DNA of 64,000 nt from Laetmonice hystrix. Lineage: Eukaryota. The stretch lies in the NCBI GenBank assembly GCA_965235115.1, contig OZ249440.1, forward strand, positions 32,676,001 through 32,740,000. Reading direction: 5' to 3'. The notes under the pieces are model-generated. The model did not search any database and had not been told where the DNA came from. It was given only the letters and a program-made list of their open reading frames with translations. Positions 11,721-23,968 of this stretch are shown piece by piece. The first letter of the stretch is position 1. The number at the start of each line of letters is the position of its first letter. The position numbers were made by a program, and so were the translations under genes.

Positions 11721-14102
11721 CATTGGTACCGGCAACCCAAAGTCGGGCCGCGAATGTCCTCACACACCTTAAAGGAAATATGTCCCGGGGTTATCAACCG
11801 AAATCTTCAGTTTTCTGGTTACCTGCTCACCACCGACGTACTTTATGGCACTGATTGTTTTTCATATTGATTCTGTTAACATTGTAGCGAAATGAATAAA
11901 ACTAGCTGCATTGTCTGCAAAGTGCTATGAATCCGCCATATGGCTGCCGGGAATCGTTTGAATGGGTTCCATGATCACGTGACTCTCGCTGTGATTACTA
12001 GAGGTGTAACCAGTGGGACCACAATGGCCCATCCGCCGATCGTGTGAAAAGGGTGTAAAACACAGACGGCTGCACTTCCCGGGGTTGCAGAATCTAAGCG
12101 TGTCATTATATAAGATAAAAATTTACCGGTCAAAGCTACATAAACAGGTAGGGGACCTTTAGGACATATATAGGAGAACCGCATTGCAGACATATTTTTG
12201 CTAAAAACACAACGTATTATTCGAAATTCGTGCCATATTACCTTTAACGGACCGCAACCAAAATGCCCTTACCACTAGTGGCCTCCTGCAAATTCACAAT
12301 AATAAGAGACCGTTAACTGCTGAACCACTGGCGGCGGGGATCTTCGTTACCATTACGTAAAGCTGGTGCAGGTACTAGGTTATGTGCAGTGGGATGTGAA
12401 GGCATTATAACAACATCAACTCTGAAAGGCCAGAACGTACAGAGGGAAGGTATATTCACGAAGAGATGTTGAAGATTCCACCCAAGTACCCGTTGATATA
12501 GAACGAGGAATCTGAGTCGATTTCCATTGGGAGACTGTTCTATCATAATCTGAAATGGCAGTCTCTTTTATACATCAGATGAAAAACAATTATTTATAAC
12601 ATTAAAAGACAAGCACCATTAGTAACCAAGAAGTCCTAACCCAGGAAATTTGGCGCGCGGATAATGAACATGAAACAAATTATTTTTAGCGTGAATCGGG
12701 CTGAGAGGTATATTACAATTAAGGACTACTCACTCAAATAGCAAGAGACCCAAAGTATTTCCAATTTAAATTATTAAAGTATCCCCAAGGTATGTCATAG
12801 ATTTACTGACCATAAGCGCACTAACATGGTATAACAGTGTAAATACGCATTCCCAGTTGAAACATATTTAATATCATGCTGCAAAGTTTTCCTAAAACGA
12901 GACCCTAACTACTGAGCACTAGGGCTACTCACTGTTGGGGACAGCAGGCTATATAACAACGCTATACAGCTACAATTTTAGTAGAGAATTATCATCTGTA
13001 AGCAGTAAGTAGGAGCATGAACACCAATTCTGACTATCGACTGGTTTGACTCTCATGGAGTCGTGGTGTTAAACCAACATCACAATGTAGGCCTATGTGG
13101 CCGCCTCAACCGGGGACACCTGGCCGAACCTAGTCAAGCGTGGCCAACAACCGTCACATATGAAGAGAGCCGCAAGTCGCCAAAATTGCAGTAGCTGGTA
13201 AAGCTGTAAGACACTATAGTTCATGAAGAAACCTTTCCGAGTCCTTTGTTAAATTATGTTGCCCATTCACAGTTGACCGAATCCTCAAGACTCAAGTTGG
13301 ACAACATGGCGGCCATACTGAACGCGACCCTAACAACCAGGCGTTGCTAGTAAACAACGCTTCTCCGTGGGCACCAAACCATGCACACAACGACACCATT
13401 ATTTATATAGGCGGAAAACAAGGGAACTGATACTTAGCCACATTTCGTCCCGCATACACGCCCCTGTGAAACCGACGTCTGGGCAACTACGACTTCTTAA
13501 GAATTTCCTTAACAACTTGTTCCAATGGCGTCCTGGTGCAAAGTGGCTGATCTCAACGCTCATGTGTGCGAAAGTTAAAACTACCGCGAGGGGGCATTCC
13601 CAGCATGCCCTACCAACCAACCAGTTCCGTCATATAGGCAAACAATTCTCGCGCTTGTTGTCTTGACTGAAATGCTATTTCGCTCACAAAATGCCGTTTG
13701 TTTTCTTGTAGGTTTTGATGATGGCAATGATGAAAATGACATCACAGGTGGAAGAAAAGGTAAGTTATCATGTATTTTATAGCTAATGAGGGCATCAAAG
13801 AAACGCAGGGAATTAATTCATGAACAACATTCCTTGGGATGAAACTTAATTTCAACCTGATTTTTCAATCTGTTTCATTATATATATATCATCAGATATT
13901 GGCTTATGAGAAAGATATCTATCTACCTTATTTCATAAAAGAATCAAATAATTTTTCAGATTATAGAGCTTTACATTGGGCTTTATTTGAGGTGCAACTG
14001 CAACTTGGTCAGAGCAGGTGATTTGCCACATTTACTCTGACTCGGTACATGTGTTTTTTTGGTTGTAAACTTCAAGGCCTGAAAAGGCAACGAATAGAAA
14101 GG

Positions 14103-14320
14103 ACGCCATCTCCTGAAACGACCCGTTGGGCGTCGACTCCTGAAACGACCCGTAGGGCGCTGAGTCCTGAAACGACCCGTAGGGCGCCGACTCCTGAAAC
14201 GACCCGTAGGGCGCCGACTCCTGAAACGACCCGTAGGGCGTCGACTCCTGAAACGACCCGTAGGGCGCCGACTCCTGAAATGACCCGTACGCGCCGACTC
14301 TTGAAACGACCCGTAGGACC
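14103..14320 (+). repeat. 30-bp in-frame tandem repeat (TPETTRRA[S/P]), ~7 copies
   Basis: ctcctgaaacgacccgtagggcg(t/c)cga is repeated inside the putative exon. Confidence 0.9.
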
Positions 14321-15308
14321 TCCAGGGAATTTACACCAAGATTAGGTAGGGTCCCAGGAATATGCACGTTAAATGGAATTTTGATACACATCAAAATGGT
14401 GGTCTGGATGCCATCTGCAGTGTCAATTTGGACAGGTTTTGTAAGACACCTTGCACTCTTTCAAAGCCCTTGAATTTTGCTGGCCTTCAAAAGTCCTTGA
14501 TTTTAATTATGATAGAAGTGTATAAACCATGAAAATGCAATATACTCTGTACAGTCCCATTAGATGTATCGGAAAGCAATCATGGACCTCCACATTTTTG
14601 CAATATACAGGTTTTCTGATTCTATGATAAGGGCAATGTGGAGCAGTTTTACTTTGTTAGGTTTTCTTTAATTGTCTTGGCAGTTAAAATTGATCATCAC
14701 AACCGATTCCCCCTCCCCCCTTTTTGGGAGGGGGGGGGGAGTCTCCACCCCAATTTTCAGAAAATTACTTTGATTTCAGAATATTCCCCCTTTGATAGTG
14801 AATATAATTAATCACAACACATTTGTTAACGTGGACAGAAGAAATGTTAGACACCTCCACGAAGAGTTGTTTTAATTTATTTTCTTTCTTACACAATAAA
14901 CAAAATAACAGAGCTCTGGAGAACGTGGCAGAAGATGACATTGGTATGTGTTTTCTTGTCTTTTTTTTGTCGAGGTGGGTGGGGTGGCTTTATATGTATA
15001 CTGTATTCATCAACTTAAATATGCATATAACATTTTGTTTCATGGTTTTGTGTATTGTATATTGCAGCTTTTCGAAGGTATGTCATCAAGAAAATGGTTT
15101 TCCTAGAAGACATGATGAAGGAACAGCTATTGCTGGTGAGAAACCTCTCCATCTCATTATCGGGGGTTGAAGAGGAAGATGGTGTCCTGGATTTTCGGAC
15201 CTTAACAACTATCCAAGAATTAGAAGATTTTAGTGAGAAAGTCAAAGAGGACAAGTCATACAAGTGGAAAATGGTAATTATCTTATGTGGAATCCACCCC
15301 TGACTTAA

Positions 15309-15580
15309 AGGGGCATACGTTTTTCCCTAAAAAAAATTATCCTGTAAAAATTTGGCGTCAAACAGTGAGCGGATAATGGAGAAAACAAGACGGTTCCAAT
15401 AGTTTTTCCGGGCTCCAGTATTTACAGATACACCGTCCAGACAGTGCTATCTGGTGGCATGACTCGAACCCGCATGTTTTTCGGATCCTGTATGAATCTA
15501 CGTGACAGCAGAGTAGGGGCTGTGGGCACTCCAACCCACTTGGCCACCGAGCCCCCTGCTAACGATGGTTAAATGTACCT
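15309..15580. mobile_element. Possible TTAA-inserted MITE (Kolobok-like) in an intron
   Basis: ttaa|aggggcata ... aatgtacct|ttaa; the TIR is weak. Confidence 0.4.
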
Positions 15581-16153
15581 TTAAGCTACAGTTTAAGCCA
15601 TTGCCAACCATGGTTCTATTCTGCTTTTAAGTACTTTACAAATTTGATCCTTTCACATCATGAATCAGGTCCACTATTTGGCCGCAATTGGAGGAAAGAA
15701 ATTGCCAGAAATTGTGAGGAATATCTTGCGGAAGGTTGCAACGAACTCTGTCCTTGAGAGATTCAGCATGAAGGGATTTAAAGGGAAAGTGGCCTTTGAA
15801 GAATACGAGGTCGCAAAATTCATCATCTGTAAGTACTTCTGCATTGTGGGCAATACATGTATTTGTTTCATGTGGGCAATACATGTATTTGTTTCATGTA
15901 TGTACTTCATTTTAGTCAACTTTAAATAACGATGTCAGTATTGCTAAAAACCAGAGTGCTATGTGCAACAATGTGCCATGAAAATAATTATTGTAAGTTC
16001 TCAAACCAAACCATTTCTTTCCAAACTATATAGTGGCTGCATGGAAGGCTTCCAATATGTATGGAAGCGTCGTTTGAAGAAATCCGAGTGCAGATGGCCT
16101 CAGTCTTGACATGCCTCCAGGGGCCGGTTCGCGATATGTTTGCTATAGCTTAA

Positions 16154-17774
16154 AGGGCTATAATTGCACGCTTTTTAGAATCCCAGTCTGGTTCTGTCCA
16201 ACCCGAACTATATACATTTGCAAGGAACTGGCCTGATACCCAACAGATGACTCGTAATAACGGAGACCCCTTGGGACTCTTTTGCCTTGCGACTTGTGCA
16301 CGTACTGCGACCTGTTCACACCCCGACTCTAGACAGGGGGATTCCCCAACATGTGCTCAGTTGTAAAGTAAACAGACATTCGTACTTTCGTCTCATTACT
16401 TACTGCAACGGTTGAACGGCAGCATGCCACGTACGAGACGTCCCTTAGCTTAGGCCTATCTTCCGCGATACTCCAACAAGTCAGAGTTTAGTCCTAAGCT
16501 CCTTATGTCCATACGGACTCTGACCGTCGAGTACAAACAGTCTACACCGGGCTGGCAGCAAGTGCTATCCTGCCGGGTTCTATCTCGGTCCTATCGCACA
16601 TCATCACCTCAAAGTCGACTTTAAATCACGTTTTAGCGCTGAAACTTGCTGAGGGTACACAAAAGAGGTTACTTCAACAGATACGTAAATGTATTTTGTT
16701 GGATGTTATCTTAGTAGGTGAAATTCTCTGTTCAAATACAGAGCAGCGCCGGCGACGACTGGACCCGTGTGCGTATTTCCGACCTCTATAGATCTATACT
16801 ATAGACTAATGCGGGTGATCCACTCAGCCGGTTTTGTAGCGGTACACCAGCGGTCAAGCAGCGGTGGACCCTAGCGGTATACATCGCTGTTGTACCGCTG
16901 GTGTGGATCAGTGTCGCAGTAGCGATGTCGTTACGGTACGTGAACCGGTCCGTGCTTACGGTATGTTAGCGGTAAGATTAAACATGTTTAATATTTTTCG
17001 ACCGCAGCGCGCTCCGGTACAGCACCGCTAGCGCGCCGATTCAACGTCTTTGCAGTGGATCAGGTGAAGCGGTGTATTTACGGTAATAGAGTTTGCCTCA
17101 GCGAATCACATTTGACGTAGAAATCATGTGACCAGTCCAAAACGACACTTGGGTTTGTTATGACCTGTTATATAAAAACCGGTTAGGGTATATTAAAAGT
17201 TGAAATACAAGAGATCGGGGGCCTCAATACAATCACTTTTGATCAGAGATACTTCTACAATCTACCAACTTGCCCCATCATATCAGCCAACTTGATCTAT
17301 TGAGTGGGTATGTAGCTTCTCTCAGTAGAGGGCTTTGCTTCTCTCTAGTACTCACCGCTACCAACTCTTTTTGTAATTTGAAAACAGTATTTGTTTGTTT
17401 GGGATCATTTCTCTGTTTAATCCAATCACACACCCATGTTGCGTACCTTCTCTTAGGTTTGCTCAATAATTTTAAATCATCTTCTTCAAAGAAATGAGTA
17501 GCTATACCCGCCGCACAGAAGACAGGGACGACTGCCATTTTTTTGTGATGTAAACGCAACGTAACGTAATCGTAACCATAACGACCGCTAGTGTGGATCA
17601 GGAAGAGGCTGCGGTAAGGGGGAAGCGGTATAGTAGCGGTATGGAAGCGATACGACTTGCGGTGAACTAGCGGTAAACTTGCGATGTGCTACCGCTGTAG
17701 TGGATCAAGCGCATGACGTTAGTATATGGATACGGAACGGACAGCATAAGTAGGTCGCGCTACGTGTTCAAGCA
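16154..17774 (+). mobile_element. Non-autonomous TTAA/AG-start element (Kolobok-like), copy 1, truncated and interrupted
   Basis: Starts ttaa|agggctataattgc and is highly similar to 44004-45063. Confidence 0.75.
16810..17713 (-). mobile_element. Non-autonomous PIF/Harbinger element retaining a transposase N-terminal fragment
   Basis: TIRs tgcgggtgatccact / agtggatcaagcgca with TAA/TGA flanks. The empty site gactaacgttag is present in the second host copy at about 45002. Minus-strand peptide KRRYATWVCDWIKQR..FKLQKEL. Confidence 0.8.
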
Positions 17775-20700
17775 GTGAAATACTGTGTGAACTACTGAAT
17801 GGACCAGCCTCAACTTTTAACTCCCCCCCCTCCATATTTCAGTTAGCGACTCCCTCCCAATTTCGGAACATGCCTACCCAGTGAAGACGTGAGCTCATGC
17901 CATACTCATAATGAGCTCACCTGAAAGTCACAGGATGAGATCATAAAGATGACCTAACACTGACATCAGAGTGATGTCACAATTTTACCATGATGTGACT
18001 TCACGAAAAACTACCTCACTATGATGACACAGGGAACTCACATTGTGACGTCATACTGTGATCTATCCGTTAGCTAACTGACATCATGGTCTTTGAGTTC
18101 ATAGTGAGATCATCCTGAGAGGTCACAATATGAGGTTGCTGTGAGTTCATGCATGGTGAATTCGTGCATGGTGATGTAGTCAGTGGTGTCACAACTTCTC
18201 ACAGTGTGAGGTCACACCGTGAGCTTTCTGTGAGCTTTCTGTGACATGTTGGTGACAAGGCTATATCCCATATACATGGAGATACCCAGTGGGCGCAGGA
18301 CATCATATTTTGGGTGAATCTTAGTTGCCACGTTGACAACCATATTGCAACGTCTGTCTTACGTTAACAGGACGTCGACAAATTGACCTCAGTAGACGGC
18401 CTAACAGCAGGTATAGACTCCTCTATGGGTCTGATATATAAATATACTCTATTCGTTGTATTTGTACAAATCCATAGCGAAAGATACACGTGGTATCCTC
18501 ACCGTAGGTTTATATGTGCATTTAAACACTGAAGTGTTTGTGTGAAAAAAGATATCTGAAAATGAATCCGGGGAAAAGTAAAGTTTATATATACCAATAG
18601 TAAAGTGGCTACAACGTCCGATAACCGATAGGTGGCAGCACAAGTGCCTGGGGGGGGGACAGGGTGATTAATTGAGAAATCAGAAAAAAACATCACAGAT
18701 TGTTTCCTTAGGTGGCAAGGAGGATATATTAACATAATTAGGTGAATTTATGCGTAATTAAGAAAATTGACTAGATCACATTTCTGGCCCGCCCAGACGT
18801 TGTTGGAGAGTTGCACTGAAAGGTGATATCTTTCCTAAAGTTGCGGTAATTGGTCAAAAATGGTTCAAATTCTATAAAAAGTGGCGTTATTATAGCCCTA
18901 GGTGTTCTACACATTTCTAAGTGAATTCTATTTCAGATTTCTTAGGTAAAGTATTTTTAATTAATTAATTCTGAATAAAAAGGTGCACTCCACAATCTGA
19001 ACACTGCTCTTTTGATAATGCCAGGGGAGTAATCATACTGCTCCTGTATGCAGGCATGCATGGTCACTCTCTATGTACGCATACCCCGCAATCCTTATTA
19101 TAGAAATACACTTTAAGAATTAATTATACTTTTAAATGAAATAAATTGTTATCCACTTTACTGTTGGAGGAACCTTAATGAAATTCTCAACGTTGCTAGG
19201 AATACCAAATCTCCAATGAGTCTTCCATTTCTAATCCATTATAACAGAAAACTGGTTAATTAATAACCTAAATAATTAGGGCTAAGTGTACTTGTGGCGC
19301 AACCTTCTGTCAGGAATAGGAAACTTTGAATACATCTGTCTGCCTGTTTTAATCGCTTATTTGGGGTACCTTTCATTCACTTTCATAGGCTCCAACTTTG
19401 CTTATATTCACAAGACCTTTTGCCGTAAAATGTCTTAAGTTTGGGATAAAAGGATTCAGTACTTTTTTAAATACGGACCCTCCGTAATTTTCCCATACAG
19501 CTACCCCGACCTGAATCCACCCTGCACGCGGGCTCCGACGCTGCCGGTCACGGCAACCGGCCGCCTGTCAGCTGGGGAATTGATAGCGAAATCCCACGCT
19601 TGCTGTGTCTTTCTGCCCGAATATGGATCATTATATGAACAGTATCTCCCGAATAGAATAAAAACCCTGCAAGTTTGGAACCAAAGTATCTGACTTTGTT
19701 TTGAGGGCGCAATTTAAATAGGACACGCGCAGCAGTAAAAGTGTTTTTTTTTGGGGGGGGGGGGGGGTAATAGGCGGTGGTGTCGTTTTAGACGAACCTG
19801 ACATATTCTAGGACACCTCCTCACCAACGTCCAAAGTTGGGATCAAGTTATTCACCCGTTTTTAAATTCCATGTGGCCTGTGCCTAAATTATACCGCGGC
19901 CCGCTGACCCAGACCTTCCTGGAGTGCAGCATTCTGCACACAGCATAATACACGCAACGAGGTACAAGCGACCGCTGGAGTGGGAATATGACCTCGGGGT
20001 CATGAGCAGTACCCCAGGTTCAACACACGTGTACTGGTTGGCGCGCAATTCAGTTGACCGAATTCCTCCTGCATGCTCGGGTGCAGCCATCAAGACATCA
20101 TTCTAGATTCTACGTCCCTCCAATACAGGCTACAAACACGTAAGTATAGCTATGTAATCTGTAATGATCTGCTTCATTTATTGAACTTAGGAAAGCCTCA
20201 ACTAAGGAAACTAATATGTTGCTATTTCCCGCCACTTTAGATCGAGTATTCCATATGTTCTAAAATAGTTCTTCCAATAACAGCCCCGCCTCTGATGCCA
20301 TCTTACAGACATAGGCTACATATTTAGGCCTATATATATATATATGTGGAGGACCTTCCCCCACACCCCTTTTTAATGTAGTCCCATGCAGAACTTTAAA
20401 CCAACAGTCTTTCTGAACAAAAGATTCATACTTTTGACAGGATTGATTGGATATTGTTCCAATTTTGTAATTATTATAATAGGCCTAGTCTCTTTCACTT
20501 TCAAGGTCTACATATTATATACTGTATGTAGATTTGTGTGTGGAAGTACATGTAGGTAGTATAGTCTTTAGATACTCGTTGGTTTGACCTCATTCTTGCT
20601 CATATGCCCAAAGTTCCTTACACTGAATGAGAGGGTGAGACCGCAGATATCATTATGGGATGTTGGCGGGCCATAAAAATAGGAATTAACCTACTTAGAG

Positions 20701-21083
20701 TGTGGAGAAATAAGATACCAGGCCGGGACTAGGTCAGGGTACTGTAACCCTGATGTTTGACATGTCAGCACATCATGCCACGTGTGAAGTATTTTATATT
20801 TAATCTACGCCAACGCATCAGTTTGTGTGTGTTCGTAGGGTTCAAAGCATTGTCTTCAATTAGAATACAGAATATGCATGGCATCTTTGCCTGGTGTGAT
20901 TATTTATATGCTGCTAAGTTTCTAATAAACTTTTCTCTTTTCTTGGGACTTTCAGTGGAGCTGTACTGTCTTTGGCCATGAGCTGGAAGGATGAGATATA
21001 AAGCACTACTGGTACGTGTCTTAAGAGTGTAGTGATGTACTATACTTTCCACTATAAATACTATACTAAAATATTATGACTGA

Positions 21084-21300
21084 CGCTCTCTCCTCACTGG
21101 ACGCGTGCGACGCGAGCGTTTATTTTAGAAGTAATCGAAATGAATAGAACCATCTGCACTAGCCGCGCGCGACGCGCGCGACCTTTTTTGTGACGCGCTC
21201 CATTCATTTCCATTACTTCTTTAAAAAAACGCGCGCGTCGCTCGCGTCGCTCGCGTCGCACGCGTCGCTCGCGTCGCACGCGTCCAGTGAGGATACAGCT
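21084..21300. mobile_element. Near-palindromic MITE (Harbinger-like)
   Basis: tcctcactggacgcgtgcgacgcgagcg / cgctcgcgtcgcacgcgtccagtgagga inverted repeats, with tga/tca flanks. Confidence 0.75.
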
Positions 21301-21523
21301 TCACTGTAGTCATGTCAGAAGGGGGCTCTCGGTCTCGTCTCGATTCCGCATTTGAAAGTTCTATCAATATCTCAGGTAGTTTACCCGGTTATCCTACAAA
21401 CCACACTTAAAGTGATGTGCATTTAACTAGTTGTAATACAGTTGTAATACGCAGATTCGCATAAGTTATGACAAATTTTCCACGGCCCCACTATAGTCTA
21501 ATGAGATGGATACGAACAACCCT

Positions 21524-22010
21524 AATATTGCCATTTTCAGGAATAGTGCAGTTTGACAATGCAATGCTTTTGCAGTGTTTGAATATTATTATTGTATTTC
21601 CTTGAAGATCTCCAGGTATTTTGGTTTAGGAAAATTGATTAGATCTGCAAAGGTTGAAGATCCAGTGGTACTAATAAACTATGTAGAATTGCAATGGCCA
21701 ATTACTTTGTCTACGAAAAGCCTTAATATTGCCATTTCCAGGAATAATGCAGTTTGACAATGCAATGCTTTTGCAGTGTTTAAATATTATCATTTTTATT
21801 TCCTTTAACATCTACTTCAACATTTGAAGTCTCAACTAATGATGCAGCTCTGCAACCTCCCAGGCTAAGCAACGTGACGGGACAAACACTTCAGGTATTT
21901 TTCTATATATCACTCATTGCTATTAGTATAGGAAAATTAATTAGATCTCAACATGCAAAGGTTGAAGATCCAGTGGTACTAATAAACTATGTAGAATTGC
22001 AATGGCGAAT
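21524..22010. repeat. Local ~200-bp tandem duplication with indels
   Basis: aatattgccattt..caggaata.tgcagtttgacaatgc at 21524 and 21725, and ggttgaagatccagtggtactaataaac at about 21652 and 21960. Confidence 0.8.
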
Positions 22011-22268
22011 CATTAGAATTGTCCAGAGGTTGCCGACCTGAGCCATACATAAAGGCATTAATATACAAAACTCTGGAAATTGCCACTGTGCAGTGTTGTA
22101 ATAATAACAAATATCAAAAGTTTTTCAATATCAACTCTAATGGCTGCACTACAATGTTTATTTCTATGCATTTTCAGATTTCAGCATGCGGATCTTACAG
22201 AAAGTCTGAAGCAAAATCAGGCAGCCATCATGACATCATGAGGGATGTGGCAAAGCTCAAAGCAGTAA

Positions 22269-22681
22269 AGCCGGCCTTAGGTCGCCCTTGCGCCGCGCCG
22301 GATCAGTCGGCGACTGCCTAGGCCTATTTGGCGATAACCCACGACTCAGCCACGACGATCCACGACGAATCAGTCGCGGACCAAGGGTAACATGAGTGTG
22401 GTTGCGCCGGCGCGGCGACCGTCGTCGACCGAGAAGATCAGCCGTCGTAGAAGTAGAAATTGTTCAACTTCTACGCCGCGACGGAACAAGATTATAGGCC
22501 TACCAGTCGGCGATCGAGCGCAGTCGACCTGAGCGTGGTTGTAATTGATCGGCGACAAGATGCTGACAGTCGCAGGAAGGTGTACCCGATCTCCTCACAG
22601 GCGACATGAGCATGAACCTCACGTCAATTGCCGACGGTTCCGTCGCAGCGCAAGGAATCGCAGGGCGACCTGAGGCCGGCT
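22269..22681. mobile_element. PIF/Harbinger MITE
   Basis: taa|agccggccttaggtcgccct ... agggcgacctgaggccggct|taa; 3-bp TAA TSD. Confidence 0.9.
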
Positions 22682-22716
22682 TAAAGCGCATCCCAGATGA
22701 ACAAGATCGGAATGAA

Positions 22717-22992
22717 CAAACTGAGCTCTCTGGTCTAAGAAACTGAGCTCTATGGATGGTCTGCCAAACTGAGCTCTATGGACGGTCTGACAAACTGAGC
22801 TTTATGGACAGTCGGACAAACTGAGCTCTATGGTCTGACAAACTGAGCTCTATGGACGGTCTGACAAACTGAGCTCTATGGTTTGTCAAACTGAGCTCTA
22901 TGGGCTGTCAAACTGAGCTCTATGGGCTGACAAACTGAGCTCTCTGGTCTGACAAACTGAGCACTAGATCTATGGTCTAACGAACTGAGCTC
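22717..22992. repeat. 22-26-bp minisatellite (caaactgagctctatgg(acgg)tctga), ~12 copies
   Basis: Directly visible tandem units. Confidence 0.9.
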
Positions 22993-23124
22993 CATCTTCT
23001 TCCCTTCCAGTGTGGACATGGACCATTTTGTACTAATTATGATGTAATAAACATTTAAACCATAATAACTGTGTTTTTGATAAGATCTAAAAATACACAA
23101 TATAAACTCGCAAATATATCATAG

Positions 23125-23650
23125 TTAGCTCACCTGGTGAGTTTGCCTTGCAAACTCACAAACAGCTCACAGGAAGCTCATTCTGTGAGTTGTGCAAACT
23201 CACAGAGAAGTCACAGCTAGCTCACATGTTGAGTTCAAACTCACAGAAAGCTCATAGTGTGAGATTTGCAAACTCATAGAAAGGTCACACTTAGCTCACC
23301 TGGTGAGAGTACAAACTCACAAACAACCCACAGGAAGCTCATTCTGTGAGTTGTGCAAACTCACAGAGGGGTCACAGCTAGTTCACATGGTGAGTTCAAA
23401 CTCACAAAAAGCTCACAGAAAGCTCACAGTGTGAGATTTGCAAACTCATAGAAAGGTCACACTTAGCTCACCTGGTGAGTTTGTAGTACAAACTCACAAA
23501 CAACTCACAGGAAGCTCATTCTGTGAGTTGTGCAAACTCACAGAGGGGTCACAGCTAGTTCACATGGTGAGTTCAAACTCACAAAAAGCTCACAGAAAGC
23601 TCACAGTGTGAGATTTGCAAACTCATAGAAAGGTCACAGCTAGCTCACAT
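23125..23650. repeat. Three ~170-bp subterminal tandem repeats of the CACTA-like element
   Basis: agctcacctggtgag..caaactcacaaaca..ggaagctcattctgtgagttgtgc at about 23128, 23294 and 23465. Confidence 0.85.
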
Positions 23651-23738
23651 GGGGACCTCACCATGTGACTTTATAGTGAGTTAACCTACTTGCTTCAAAA
23701 TGAGTCTGCTGTGACCTAACCATGTGATCTTTCCATAC

Positions 23739-23920
23739 TGTAGCAGACTGCGGGACACCCGCGACCAGTGCTGCCACCTGTTGGTGGAGGAAAGGTGGAA
23801 CTCTTTTGAAATAAGGAAAAAAGGGAGGTGGAGAAATATGGCGGTTAAACAGACGGTGTTTGTGGTTTCTTGAGTTCAAGTCGACCTGTGTGTGAGGATC
23901 GGTGGAAATTCTCGGGAACA
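23739..23920 (+). repeat. 5' LTR (182 bp)
   Basis: tgtagcagac..gggaaca; differs from the 3' LTR by one A. Confidence 0.97.
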
Positions 23921-23922
23921 TT

Positions 23923-23940
23923 TGGTGCCCAGACCCGGGA
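23923..23940 (+). promoter_or_regulatory. Primer-binding site, resembling a tRNA-Phe PBS
   Basis: tggtgcccagacccggga lies 2 nt after the LTR and is close to the canonical Phe PBS tggtgccgaaacccggga as I recall it. Confidence 0.7.
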
Positions 23941-23968
23941 AGGAACGTAGGCTTGGTTTATCGTCACA

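Larger units (their letters stand above)
13712..16110 (+). pseudogene. Spliced DUF4806-like gene fragment, a type often carried by DNA transposons. Exons ~13712-13759, ~14077-14345, 15068-15273, 15669-15828, 16034-~16110
   Basis: AG/GT-bounded exons. The joined peptide reads LTTIQELEDFSEKVKEDKSYKWKM|VHYLAAIGGKKLPEIVRNILRKVATNSVLERFSMKGFKGKVAF. No start codon was found and the last exon is degraded. Confidence 0.65.

Noticed and set aside
21094..21279. Arg-rich protamine-like ORF
   Set aside because: It is a translation of the cgcgtcgct repeats within a MITE.
23658..23921. Near-duplicate minus-strand ORFs (also 29288-29494)
   Set aside because: They are antisense translations of the two LTRs.
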